A stretch of 63,858 nucleotides of DNA, taken from assembly GCF_021028975.2 (NCBI RefSeq), contig NC_059433.1:51026143-51090000 (forward strand), written 5' to 3'. Shown here piece by piece: positions 24,976-38,441 of the stretch; the stretch's first letter is position 1, and every line of letters begins with the position of its first letter. This DNA is from Sphaerodactylus townsendi. Lineage: Eukaryota. The translations under genes were made by a program, and so were the position numbers. The notes beneath the pieces are model-generated. The model did not search any database. It worked only from the letters and a program-made list of their open reading frames with translations, and was not told the origin of the DNA.

Positions 24976-26779
24976 AATATAGTTGAAGATGAAGGGATAT
25001 ACAAAATCACCTTGGTTGGTCAGTGGGAAGAAGAGAAGGAGGCAGAGGAAGTTGAGAATATAGGGGTGCCATGAAGAAAAACCATGGGGAGAGAGATTCA
25101 GGCAAAAATGAGATGAAACCCTGACAAGTTCTTGCAGGTTCCCCTTCATGCAACTTGGCCCAGCCCAACTTGGCTTCTGGGCCCAGTCCAATGACTGGCA
25201 CCACACAACCCAGCCAGATTTTTCCTGGTGTGAGGCTGCCAGTGGGAGGGGAAAGAGGGAAAGCTAAAGACAGGGAGAAAGTAAAAGTAGGTTGGCTGAT
25301 GGGTGGGAAAGAAAGAAGGAAGCAGGAAAAGGAAAAATGTTGCAGTGGAAAATTGAAATAATGGGGGAGAGGTAAATGAGATGCCTCCCTGTAAATCTTG
25401 GTGGATCCCCCTCTTGTCACATTTAAGAGCCATGATATTGTATAGTTTTCATATTTGGATATACAGAGCACTATTTTTAAGAGGAGATTAACTTAATACC
25501 AGGTGAAACTGCTCATTTATAAATCCTCTCCTGACCACATGCTTAGCAATATTTAACTCAAAATGTAATTTTCAATACACATGTTTTCTACTCAAAATGT
25601 CTATCATATTACATGTAAAAGTTATTGAATGGCCAGGGTATTTCAGAGAGGACTGCAGTTTCCTAATTAGCTGGTTTTCTTTGCCCTGCAGACTAAGTAA
25701 ATGGAGCTTTTAATGGAGAATTTTATAAAACATAATCTATTATCAACCAGTGTTGGACCACCAATCTATATTCTATGTCTCACACATCAAGCAAAACCTC
25801 ATTTTCATTCTAACTCCATGATATAGCCATACCTTTATATAACCTCTCCACCACCACCCCACTTCCATGGAAGTACCGAATCACTCAAATGGAGACGGAA
25901 GGCCTATCACAGACCAACCCAATTCATTTAGGCATGTTCCAGACCACTGAAATCAGTAAATCAGACTGAACCATAAAATCAACAGTGCTCACTGATACTG
26001 ATCTTTCTTGACTTGACTTTCCCCAACTTCTGGAGACCTTAGAACAGTTGATGCTGTAGTCACAAGACCTTCATGGATAAAATGCCTTGATGTGAGTGAA
26101 GAAGTAGTATCTGGACTGAAGAAGTAGCATCAATAAAGATCAAGTATCTCTGTCTTTTGACAAGCCAAGTTTTTGGTAGTGAAAAGAGGCCCCCCTGATG
26201 GAAGAGTGAAGTGTAAACAATTTCCCCTCATTCCTCCTTACAACAGCCCTTCAGTGTTTTAGGGCATTTTGTTCAAAGGTTCCTGACATCCAATATTAGT
26301 GTTTCAGAGGTCTCTGGATGCTGCTAGGGAAACTGGAACTCAGAAAAGATCCATTTGCAAGTTGCTATCAGTTTGAAGCAACTTGATGTATCAACTGATT
26401 ATAGATCAACATACCAACATGGTATAAAAATATCCAAGTGATAGTGGGCAGCCTGTTGCATGAGCAGGGGCAGGGAAACCCGGAAACCCCCAGTTATCAC
26501 TTTGGTGCATTGGCACCTACAGGAGCAACCAGGTGCCACAGAAAAAGACTGCAGACTGGAAACCTTTTTCACAGACCCCACAACCCGGTCTCCTTACTGA
26601 GCAAACAGAAGACTTGGGGTGGGGGGTGGCTTAGAAATGCCAGCGTATGGCTGGCATTGGTCTTAGAAAATCTTGGAAAGTTTTTCCAAGACTTTTCGGT
26701 ATCAGAGAAGAAAGGGGGGGGGGGGGGCAGAAGGCTCCTAAACACATCAAGAGCATGGATTCCGCCCAGCATCTCTATT

Positions 26780-27540
26780 GCAACTCGTTATAAAGAGACT
26801 GTACCGAATCCGCTCAAAGTTGCTTCAAAGAAATGGGCTGGGCGTGATCCCATCCACTGCGTAAAACGAGAGAAGAGGCGGATCTTGAAGACGCTCGCTC
26901 AGGCTCTGGAGTTCACCCGCTTCTTCTGCACAGGCAGAGCGGCATCAGCGCCCTCCGCTTTCCCGCCACCAGGCGCTCTTCTCTTTTGGCCCTTGCACCA
27001 CGAGGTCTCTCTCCCGCCTCCGCGCCTACACTCACCATCTCCAATCCGGTTCCACGGCTGGGTGAAGCGCCCGTTGCAGTTCGTGTTTTGCGTCTCCAGG
27101 CAACGACGGCTGTTTCGAAGACGCGCGTGGGGCGCTCCCCCGCTCTCCTCCCCTGCTCCGGCTTGCCGCCCCCACCCCTTTTCCTTCAAGCTAGGCGGCA
27201 CGTTTAGCTCTTTCAAAGTAGCTTGAATACTGTAAAAGACTCTACTGCAAACTACTGCAAATATTTTTCTCGGCACTCGAATAACGGCGTTTTCCAGCGT
27301 TGCTGTTTCAAAGTATACAGCCATAATGTTACAAACCAACTGGAAGAAATTGCAATAAATAAAACGCCGCTCACTGCGATCACACAGGGAACGGGAATAA
27401 TTCAGGCACGTCCCGTGGTGTCCCTTTATGCTACAGACCCTGAGGTTGTCACTTAGCTCTCGACACCTCACTTTATGTTCCCGAAAGGGGGAAAATATTT
27501 CCGTATTGCTTCTCTGTGTTTGAAACATACCGCAGGCTCT
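26780..27540. promoter_or_regulatory. CpG island, candidate main CCDC178 promoter
   Basis: CpG-dense unique sequence with RFX-like GTCTCCAGGCAAC (27092-27104), CCAAT (about 27041) and GC-box CCGCCCC (about 27166), upstream of the CCDC178 exons. Confidence 0.55.
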
Positions 27541-27544
27541 AGAC

Positions 27545-28181
27545 CAGGGGTCCCCAAACTACGGCCCGGGGGCCAAATGTGGCCCCCTGAAGGCATTTAT
27601 CTGGCCCGCCAGGCATGGCGGCGATGGCTCCATTCATGTGCAGTGGGGGCTCGAGGGAGAGGAGGAACTGGCCCCAACGGCTGTTGATTGCAGTTACATG
27701 ATGGCACCCCCAAATCTCCATGAATTTTCTGACCCAGAGTTGGAAATCTTACATGTGGCAACGCCTGCTCCACCCTTCCCTCTCAGCTACTCCATGTGTT
27801 GCTCTCAGGCTTTCTGTTCCGCCTCACTCCCATTGGCATCAGCCAGGCTGGCGAATCGCTCGCTGGCTGCTAGGGAGGAAAGAACCCAGGAAGATACCTG
27901 ATCCTGGGTTAGATGGAATGCTTCATTGGGAAAGTTCTGCTTTTTTTTACAGGGGAAGGTATTCCACAGCCTCCCCAACAATATTTGGAGCCCACCCTGT
28001 ACTTGACATACTTTGGTCACTGTTCTAAAAATAGACCATGACAGAAAGGCTGAAAGGTGAAATCAAACATTTTACAATAATTTGTGCATAGGAATTTGTT
28101 CATAGTTTTTTTTAGTCCGGCCCTCCAACAGTCTGAGGGACAGTGAACTGGCCCCCTGTTTAAAAAGTTTGGGGACCCCTG
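27545..28181. mobile_element. hAT-Charlie MITE, OposCharlie1 (OC1)-like ends
   Basis: TIR CAGGGGTCCCCAAACT at both ends; TSD CTCTAGAC / GTCTAGAC (Charlie-type NTCTAGAN target). The right end GTCCGGCCCTCCAACAGTCTGAGGGACAGTGAACTGGCCCCCTGTTTAAAAAG is recalled as OC1-like. Confidence 0.85.
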
Positions 28182-29368
28182 GTCTAGACTGAAATGCGCA
28201 TTGGCAGAAATAGTGCCTTGAAAACTAATGGCACTGGGGGTTGGCGCATGAGCCTTCCAGTTTAGAAAGTTATAGCAACTTTAAAGAAAAGTTGAGGTTA
28301 CACGTGACCTTTTTTCTCAATGGCATCAACACTGAAGGGAAAGTGCCTGGTGACAAATGGGGCAGAAGCCCTTGAGGAATACATTAAATTGTATTTATGA
28401 AGCTGAAACAGCAAAGAGCTGTTTAGCACGCTGTAGACTAACGTTTGTTTTGGCATCAGATTCCAAGGGTTACAGTCCACTTCATCAGATGTATGGCTTG
28501 TATACCTTTCCCAACAATGGTTGTTAAAAATGTTGTTACAATTATAAGTGAACTGTGGCTTAAATGAAGAAAGCCACTTGTATAAATGCAAATGTCAGCT
28601 ATATAATAGAATAAATCTGGAAAGACTGCTTCCCAAGTTCCTGCAGCACGAATTTCTCAGTAGTGGCAAAAATTAGCAAACACCTACAGTTCCAGTCCTC
28701 CACATGCCACTGTGATAGTAATGCTTTTAATCTAGTAGTTTAACTTCACCAATTTTCAGAAAAAATATACTTGTCTAAGTCATTTACAGAGTAATGTAGA
28801 GTTACACACTGAAGTCATTGGGCTTAAAAGTGTGCAACTCTGCTTAGGACAGCACTGTGATTCTCTTATCATAATTCCCCACATATTGTCTTCACTTTGT
28901 TTTCAAGTTCTCTGGTAACCATTTCTTAGTTCTTGGCCATCTCAATACATGAAATGGTTGCTAAATATGATTGTGAATTCAGTTACTACATATGAATGCC
29001 ACAGAGTAGCTACAACAGGAAATATGATAGCTTGGCTTAATTTGGTAGCTTGGCTTAAAACTTTCATTCTCTTGATAACTTTTAAATGTTTTTATAGATG
29101 CAGCACAAAGTACTGTTCTAAATAGTTATCACAGGAAATAGAAGGTTGAAGAGATGTTTTTAAATACATTCAGTGATAAGCTCTGGGTCAGACCAAAATA
29201 CTGTTGTAAATTAACCATTTGTTTCCCCATAGTTTTGTTGAAAGTGTCACCTGATGGAAGATGGGAATTGGACAGAAGAACCTATTCAAATGCTTTTAGT
29301 GGCTATGGATGCTTTCTGAATGAACAATTCACTTGCAAGGTAGGGTCTCTTACTAGTGCTCTTCAGGG

Positions 29369-30536
29369 CAGGGGCGTAACGAGGCAAACTGTAGCCCTGG
29401 GCAAAACCTGAGTTGGATGCCACACCCTCCCCCCCCCCCATGGGCGGCCACTCCACCATGACCAAATTTTTTTGCAACAGGACATTGGTGCCTGCAAGGG
29501 GTACATTTGTAGACATATCAACACCAAAATTTCAGTGTATCATCAAGAGACTGTCCTTATGCTGCTCCCCCAGGTTTGGTGAGGTTTGGTTCAAGGAGTC
29601 CAAAGTTATGGATTCCCAAAGGGGGTGCCCCATCCCCCATTGTTGCCAATGGGAGCTAATAGGAGATGGGGGCTACAGTTTTAAGGGTCCATAACTTTGG
29701 CCCCCCTGAACCAAACTGCACCAAACCTGGGGAGTATCATCAGGGCAGTCTCCTGATGAGACCCTGAAAGTTTTGAGACTGTGCCTTCAGAAATGTGCCC
29801 CCCCCCAGCCTGCAACCCCCATTGACAGCAATGTAGAAAACTCAATGCAGAACAAAGATTCTTGGGCAAATTTCTGGGATGTTCCTGCAGGGGGCGCATT
29901 TTTGGATGTATTGGCACCAAAATTTCAGGGTATCATCTGGAAACTGTCCTAATGGGACCCCCCAGGTTTGGTGCAGTTTGGTTTAGGGTCAAAGGGGGTC
30001 CCCATCCCCCATTCTTTGCTAAGGAGATGGGGGCTACCCTTTTGAGGGTCCATAACTTTGGACCCCCTGAACCTAACTGCACCAAACTTGGGGGTGCCAT
30101 CATGACAGTCTCCAGATGATACCCTGAAATTTTGGTGCTGATACGTCCAAAAATGCACCCCCTGCAGGAACATCCCAGAAATTTGCCCAAGAATCTTTGT
30201 TCTGCATTGAGTTTTCTGCATTCATTACCCATTACCCAGCGTATCATCAGGAGACTGTCCTTATGCTGCCTCCCAATTTTGGTGAGGTTTGGTTCAGGGA
30301 GTCCAAAGTTATGGACTCCCTGAACCAAACCTCACCAAACTTGGGGGGTAGCATAAGGACAGTCTCCTGATGATACGCTGAAATTTTGGTGCCGCTAGCC
30401 TAAAAACTGCGCCCCCTGCAGGCCAAAAATGGAAAACCACTAAAAATACCCAAAAGCGAACCCTGCATTTTGATGCCCCCCACAAGGTGGTGCCCTGGGC
30501 AGATGCCCACCTTGCCCAATGGGCATTATGCCCCTG
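29369..30536. mobile_element. Non-autonomous hAT-type element (family A variant, 1168 bp)
   Basis: TIRs CAGGGGCGTAA / CAGGGGCATAA; perfect 8-bp TSD CTTCAGGG (29361-29368, 30537-30544); three internal hairpins built from the same module. Confidence 0.92.
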
Positions 30537-31950
30537 CTTCAGGGTCTGTGGGTATTTATTTATTAACCTCATTCATTACCCATTGTTCTTTCTTATGGAG
30601 ACCCTAAATGGCTTACCACGTTCTCTCCTCTATTTTATCCTCACAACAATCCTGTGAGGTAGGATAAGCAAAGAGTGTGTGAGTGGCCCAAGACAAGGAG
30701 CTTCATAGGAGCTGCCTTGGGGACACAAACCTGGGTCTTCCAGATCCCAATGATGTCCAATAGTCTGGTTTCTACACCATGCTGGCTCGGTAGGTATAAG
30801 AGAGAAATAGCAGTCAGCAATTATGAAATGAATGAGTTTCTAAATGTTGTAGGTACAACTTAGAAAGGCTGCTGAGCTAAAACACTCTCTCTCCCATTGT
30901 GTCAGCAGGCTATGAATTTTTGGAGGGGGGAAGGATAATTCCAGCTTTTTTTGTCAGGGTTGTGAACATGGAGGAACTAAGTTATTTGTCCAACTTATTA
31001 GCTTTCTGAGCTTTGGCAATTGTGCTGTCTGGGTGCCATTTTGTAAACTTTACCCACAGGATACCAAATGAGGCAGAAAGCAATTATCTTCATGTGTTCA
31101 TGCCAACATTATATAACTAATGAAATGTGGCTGCATGAAAATGTCTTAAATCTCATAATGCTGTAGATGTCTTAATAAAGCAAAACTTAAAAAAAAATCT
31201 TTAACCTCCTACTCCCTATTTCTCTTTGGAGATCTGCCTCATGCTGACTTCGCAAGTGCTTCCACCATGTTCTTCATGTGTATCTGTAAGTCAAGCAAAT
31301 ATTCTGAAGAGACTGTGCACCTCAACTGCTCTCCCATCCAAAGGACACCAAAATTTGTAGTGCTGCCCTTGGAAATTCACACCACTTGGGGGGATGTGGA
31401 AGCACTCAAAAATAACAAGAGAGATACAGTGAAGATCCTTGTATTGTCAAAGGCTTTCACTGCCGAAATCACTAGGATGTTGTGGGTTTTTCGGGTTGTA
31501 GGGCCTTGTTCCAATATATTGTAGCCCCCTTCCAAAAATAACCCCAAAAGAAAGAGGCAAAACAATTCCCAGGACCACACTCTGCTGATGAAGGGGGGCA
31601 TGTCCTAGAATTGATATCCCCCCCCCATATACACACACATACTTCATGCTGTGCTTCCACAGGAAGAGACAGAGGCTTGTTATGAAGTGGTTAGCCCACC
31701 ATTCGTAATTCATTCTACAGACATCTCCCACCCCCAGCCTATTGTTAACTGCAATGGCTCTGGAAGTGAGAGCATGAGGGGAATGGCTGATCCACCATTT
31801 GAAAGTTTTCAAATGTAATTAAAAAAGCATTTTTCAGTGATTCCCTGTTTCTATCGATATATCAACATTGCAATATAATAAATAAAAATTGAAGTAATGA
31901 CAAAACTGAAAGGGGGGAGGGGAAGAGGTGTGCATGGGAGTGGGAGGGAA

Positions 31951-32387
31951 TGGGAGGGGCTGATGGTAGGCAGAGGAAAGATGACTGGTGCAAAGCTGTG
32001 CTCACTGGCAAATCTCCCCCATTCTGGTGGTGTTGCTTGGCATGGGAATGGGAAGAATTGAAACATTAAAGTTTCAATTAAAGTGGTGTTGCTTGGCATG
32101 GGAAGAATGGAAACTGAAAGCAGGGCTCAGGAAGTACATCCATACAAAAAAATCTGGCTGCAACGGACATGGGAGGGGCTGATGGTAGGCAGAGGAAAGA
32201 TGACTGGTGCAAAGCTGTGCTCACTGGCAAATCTCCCCCATTCTGGTGGTGTTGCTTGGCATGGCATGGGAAGAATTGAAACATTAAAGTTTCAATTAAA
32301 GTGGTGTTGCTTGGCATGGGAAGAATGGAAACTGAAAGCAGGGCTCAGGAAGTACATCCATACAAAAAAATCTGGCTGCAACGGACA
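31951..32387 (+). repeat. Near-perfect tandem duplication of about 219 bp
   Basis: Copy 1 is 31951-32169 and copy 2 is 32170-32387. Part of it is related to the reversed repeat at about 24070-24125. Confidence 0.95.
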
Positions 32388-34980
32388 TTTGCCCCTGCTG
32401 CACAGCAGGCACCTTATGTATAATGGCACCTATGATAAGCAAAATCTCCAGTCTTCCTACCTGTTACCTTCTTAACACAGACACAAAGATCCAGTCCATG
32501 CACCTTTTGTGTGCCATGGCAGCCATAAAATATTGAGCTTGGCCTGACAAAGTGGATTCACCAAGGATATTGAAGTCCTGCAGGACAATCAGCCTCAGGG
32601 TTCTCAACACGAACCACTCAACATGACCACTACTGCTAGCTCAGCCAAGGCAACTACTGGAAGGCTGGAGGGCAGGGTGGCAAGCCTGGGGAAACCCCAA
32701 CCTGCCCCTGAACCCAACACAAGGTAATATAATCAAAACTGCCTTCCATCTACACTGGGATTCTGCTACAGAGATTCATGCCAAAGTAGTCACATATTTG
32801 CATATCCAGCTGGGACCACAGAACATCAGATTACCCTTCCTGAAGGTCAGTAAAGTAGGAAATATCCACCTGAACTATAATAAGATAGTAACTTTTTTAG
32901 TCTTTAGATCTGTTATTGCTTAACATTAAGGTTGAAGTAGAGGTTGTGAGAACCTCCCCAACTACATCTTTGCACGTTTAAAGTGGGATGGAGATGGGTG
33001 TACTGTGTACTTTTACTAAATAATAATCTATGTGGCTAAGGAGAGCTAAATCCTCCTCTCCCTCACACACCATCCCTCCTTGTATGCCCTTTCTTTCAAA
33101 ATTTTCTTCAGTTTTAAGTCACTTTTTATATAGGAACCATCTGATAGAAAAATGCTGGAAGAAATTGAATGCAATGAAGCAGACGAAAGCAGACATGGTT
33201 TAGCACTTCTTGCCTGCACAGTCCAGTTTTATTTAAAAATAGACACCCACCCACATCACTTTAGATATGAATGAGTGAACTTGTATAAATACAAGAGAAT
33301 CCTCCTATAATTTCTTCTTTGAACCTTAGTTTAATTAAAAAGTTTCCCCAACCACTGTCAGTGGTAGCACTCTCTCTGTAACAGCACTGCTGTCCCAAAT
33401 ATGCACACCATCCCAAGGTAGCTTTTAATGAGAACTTAAGGAGAAAGATGCTGACGGATTCCTCACTTCCATGAATTCTAAAGCAGAAAGTCAGAATAAT
33501 GTTCAAATCTGAAGAATATGAAATATTAACTTATTAATTTTGCTTCCAGCCTAGGTAATACTATATTTACAAGTGGGATATTTTGGTTTAATTTTTGCAT
33601 TAGTTAATATCTGAATGCACCACCTTAATAGAGGGGTCTGGTGGGGAATCTTTTTAAGTTCTGTAATTTCTTGCCGTCCAACTTTTACAATAAATTTGAC
33701 TTCCATGTTCAGAGACAGTAACACTATGAATATTAGGGATGGGGAGAAGCACTGGTTATCATAACTGGCTTATCATAATCAGTGCTTTTTGAAGAACTGG
33801 TTGGTCACTGAAAAAAATAGGATGCTGGATTAAATGAACCATGACTGTTCTTGAATTCTTTCCTCAAAAAGGTTTTGTACATTGTGATGGGCAATACATT
33901 CAACAGGTACAGCTTTCATATCAGTACATCTCAAAGCTGAGGGAACTATGCCAGTTGAATTTCTGTTATACAGCTAGAGACTTTGTCTTGAAAAAAGGTG
34001 GCAATTCTGAATAATTTCCAGGATTAACAGACTACATAAAGTAAGGTTTGAGTGAAAAGGGTTGATGTAATATCCATTTACTTTTGTGTAGTTCCCATTA
34101 GGCTGAGCTAGTGTAAGTGGATCATTGAAGCACAATTTAAAATGTCAGGGATATTCCTACATAGCTAATTTTTTCATAAAAGCTCACAGATGGCAGACAG
34201 TATGATTTTCTGCCTTGAGACATAAGCAGTAAAATTCAGCTATCAGCTGAATAAGTTTGGCAGTCTCATAATGGCAAATTTGTAGAGTCTTAAAAGGAAT
34301 GTAACAAATGAGTAAGTGCAATAAAAATATCTTGTATAAGCTTTATGGCTTCTAAAAAGAATATTGGTGCCACTGTACAGTAATAAGGCACTCCTCCAGT
34401 AAGAAAGCAGCTATGATGTTTCTCGTCAATAGTCCAACTGTTAGTTCAAAACACTGTTATGCATATGACCATTTAATCATTGGGCTCTAAACATGGACAT
34501 GTAAAATCATAATTTTGAGTTTTCCACTGTAGTGCATGCATATTGGCATTTGTTCTAGGAATGCTATATTGGTCACAGGTCCCTGTTGCATGCATAGGCC
34601 ATGGTAAACATGCATTTGCCATCACATAGCATGCAGAATTTTTCAGCAGCTGCAAATAAAACAACAGAGACTCTGAAATTTTGAAGATTAACACGTTTAT
34701 TGTGGAATAAGGGTTTGCGAGTTTAAGCAACCATGTTGGCCATCTGCTTTCAAAGAAACTTCTATCTCTTAATTGGAGGAATGTCGATATCCCAGTTGAT
34801 GTACAGATGCCTAAATGATACTACTTCTTAGTATTTCTGATCAATTTCCCTGAAATATTATTTTTCTAGGAGAAAAAGTTGTCCATAAAGAAGGACCTTC
34901 TGAACCAATGTTATCCTAATTTGTCAGGACAATTGTTGTCTGTTGTTGCTAATACCAGTGAATATATCTTCAGATACTGT

Positions 34981-35046
34981 TTCCTTCCTTCCTTCCTTCC
35001 TTCCTTCCTTCCTTCCTTCCTTCCTTCCTTCCTTCCTTCCTTCCTT
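34981..35046. repeat. (TTCC)n microsatellite
   Basis: Direct observation. Confidence 1.
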
Positions 35047-35982
35047 AACAAGATAGGACATATGCAACTAAGATTAAAGTTAATGATGTTCCACATAAAC
35101 ATACATTAAAAAGGAGACCTCAGCCCTTTTGAGCCTGCAAACATCTTTGGAATTCTGTCACAGTGTGGTGAGTGCAGGTACAAAATGGCTGCCACAGGAG
35201 ATGGAACCAACCACAGCGTCAGCAAGTAAGGTCATGTACAGTATACCTGTAGCAGTAACTCTTCAACCTTTCAGGCAGAAGCTGTGTTGAACAGGATGCC
35301 TTTAAAAATGAACATATTGTTTATTAAAATATTTTCTTGTGTACACATAGCTTGCCTGCACTCATGTAATGAAGATCCTTGTGCTGTATTGGCAGTTGCT
35401 GTCAAAAATCTGTTCTTTGGATGATTCAGATCAGATCGCCAATGGCCAGTCAGAAGCCCTGCTGGACAAAAGCCTCACCTGGCCCTGTCCACTTTAAAAA
35501 AAATACTTGGTGGAAAACAGGAAAGGTATTGATGGGCACCATGACATCTATGGGCTCTAGGTTGGGGACCCTGCATTAAATTATATTGCATTTTGTACTA
35601 TATTGCTATCTTCATTTGCAATAGGTATCGCAACAATCAAAACATAGTGAGTACAGTGTAAAATTTAATCCTTACCAAGAGTTTGAAACCTAGATGAAGA
35701 GAATATGGAAAAGCAGAGGAGAGGGGTGCTTAATACCTGCTGCACAAAAATTATCTGCTTTAAAATGTTGCGCAGGACAGCTTTATTTTTTTTAAAAAAA
35801 TCAGGTATTGTAGCCCAGTTATATTACTAAAGTTATATTATTAAAGACACAATGCTGGGAGTTCTGTAAATGGTATTCCCCTACAAATATGCACCTTTTA
35901 ATATTTATATTACTAAGGTAAAGTAGTCATGGAAAACCCTTTGGCTCAGGCAAAGTGTAGCTTTGCCCTATGGGCCATTTGA

Positions 35983-36504
35983 GGTCCTTTCTGCACGGGC
36001 CATTCAGACCGGCGTGGAGCTGATAAAAACGCTGTTGTGTGGGAGAAGATTGCACAGCTACCACTGCTGTGCTGCATCCCCTTCACCACCACCACCACCA
36101 CCCCCCCCCCAGCGTTTTTCAGCATTTGAGACTCATTCAGCAAGTCTTTTGGAAAATGCCAGCTTCCATCTGGCGCCAAGCGAATGGTATTGGGTGGAAG
36201 GCGCCATTTTTCGGCCCTCCACTTTTGTTATTAAAACTTACCCCCCCCTTCCTACATCGCTCCATGGGAATGAGGGCACACACCTCTTGTTCTCCAGCCC
36301 CTGTGGCCCTCGTCCTGACGAAGCGACACAGGAAGACAGGGTAAGTTTTAAAAACAAAAGCGTTGTGCCTCTTGCAAAGACGCCACTGCAGGGAAACAGG
36401 AATGCTGAGGCCGTAAGTGCACAACTGTGCAAACGGCCCCAGGCTGGCACCAGTGCCATGTATACCAGCGCTCCAGTGCTCCTGGAGCCCATGCAGAAAT
36501 GGCC
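35983..36504. mobile_element. PIF/Harbinger-like MITE
   Basis: TIRs GGTCCTTTCTGCACGGGC / GGCCATTTCTGCATGGGC; flanks TGA / TTA (TWA-type 3-bp target). Confidence 0.75.
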
Positions 36505-38277
36505 TTACATATTACATGGTTTTGTTCACAGGTATAGGAAGGACTAAATACCATCTTATTTGAATATTATATTTCTATTTTGGCACAGTTTTGTCTACAT
36601 GGAAGTCATTGCACACTTCTAATTTTAAATATTTGTAACCATAGCAAAATGTGCATATGCATTTCCCCTGTGTTGTCCATAAAGAAGGACCTTATTGTTC
36701 ACATAAAATTGCACACTTTTTGTACAAAATGTATCGAGGTTCAAAGATAGGAAGCTCTTTGATGACAATTCCCACACTGGGGGCGGGGGGTGTCAGTCAC
36801 AATAGTGTTGACTAGTAGCTGTGGTAAACATAGGTTTATAAATATTCTAATCAAAGAATACTTCCTTTGTTCTGGGGGAAAAACACATCTGTTCAGAAGG
36901 ATAACTAGATCAGTATGACGTACTATTACTGAATGTCCCTTGCACCCTTGCAATACTTTTCACTTGCGTTCTGTCTGTCATGATGGCTCCTCTGATGCCT
37001 CTGGTTTTGCTTGTTCAGATTTGTCATAGCCCTTCTGGCTTCAAATGATTTATCTGATCTCCTTCCATTAAAAAAACCCTTTGCTAGTCTTGACCTAGGG
37101 CATGTTGGTTCTTTAGAGTGATTTTGAGATCTGAGAATCTGAATACTCAAGTCTGTGAGCATCCAATGTGAAATTGAACCCCCTCATCTATGTCAGTGCT
37201 CCTTGAGTTTTTGAATTACAGCTTGTTGATGCTGATTGACTCAATGGTTTTGGAGCTTTTAGATCAAAACTGTTAGACAACATTCTGTACTTATATTTGA
37301 GATAGATTCAAGTCATGCATCAGTATTCGGGTATATCATCCTGAAAATCCATAATGATTGTGAGCAATAAGCCAAAAAAAGTTATAAATATGACTAGAAA
37401 ATCATATAAGGATATTACTGGTAATGCTATAGAATAAATGATCACATATTTCCTAATGTTTTCTATTTAACCACTATCAATTATTTTTCTTTATCACAGA
37501 TTAGTAACCCTTATTCCAAACTTATATGTGCAAAATTTCACGTTTATTAAGAGCTTGAATGGGTAAAGGACAAGAATATGTAGTTGCCTATTCCAAAGGT
37601 TCACAATTAGATATGGGAGTGAATAAAAAGAAATGAATGCATTTCTTAACAATTAACAGAGCATCTCCCAACATGTAGTGGGCATACTGGTTTTTCAAAT
37701 GAAAAAGTGCTTCATATGAAAAAAAAACTCCATAATACTTGAAAACACTGTAAAGATAAGATTCTAAAAATTAATATCAATATACAATCTATGAGTGTGC
37801 TTCCATATTAATTCATTCATTCATTTTTAGATTTATACCCCGCCCATCCCCGTAGGGCTCAGGGTGGCAAACAGCATAATATAACAGTATACATTAAATA
37901 AAATACAAACTTGTAAAATAACATACATAAAACTGTAAAATAAAAAAGTTTAAGATGGCGACTTAACACATCAAACCTAGCACTAGTCAGTTACAATAAA
38001 TATGATGAAGATTCTGTTTTCTATACATATGTCTCTATCGGCCCCTTGAAACCACAATTTTTGTTGCATTATTTCCACACCGTGCCACTGCAGACTTTTT
38101 GAGGAATTAAAAAAAAGGTCAATTGCTATCTTATCTTACTATCATAAATAATTGGCTAGGGGTTCGAATATCCAACAACGAACCCTTAGGCAACTGCTGT
38201 GTGAGACACACAGGGTCCAAAGCCTCTTGTGTCCTGCATGCCCATTGGCCATTGGCATCAAAACCTTCAACACTCCC

Positions 38278-38280
<3 letters not shown>

Positions 38281-38344
<64 letters not shown>
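38281..38344. repeat. (AC)n microsatellite
   Basis: Direct observation. Confidence 1.
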
Positions 38345-38346
<2 letters not shown>

Positions 38347-38441
38347 ACTTCCCTTCCCCAGCCTTGCAAGCCTGGGGGAGGAAGGTGAGGGTGAATGCCC
38401 TGCCTGTTGGACTCATGCGCCCTCACCCCCTACCCTATCTA

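Noticed and set aside
26438-27528. Overlapping 262-aa and 209-aa ORFs
   Set aside because: Explained by stop-codon scarcity in a CpG island; no recognisable protein motifs.
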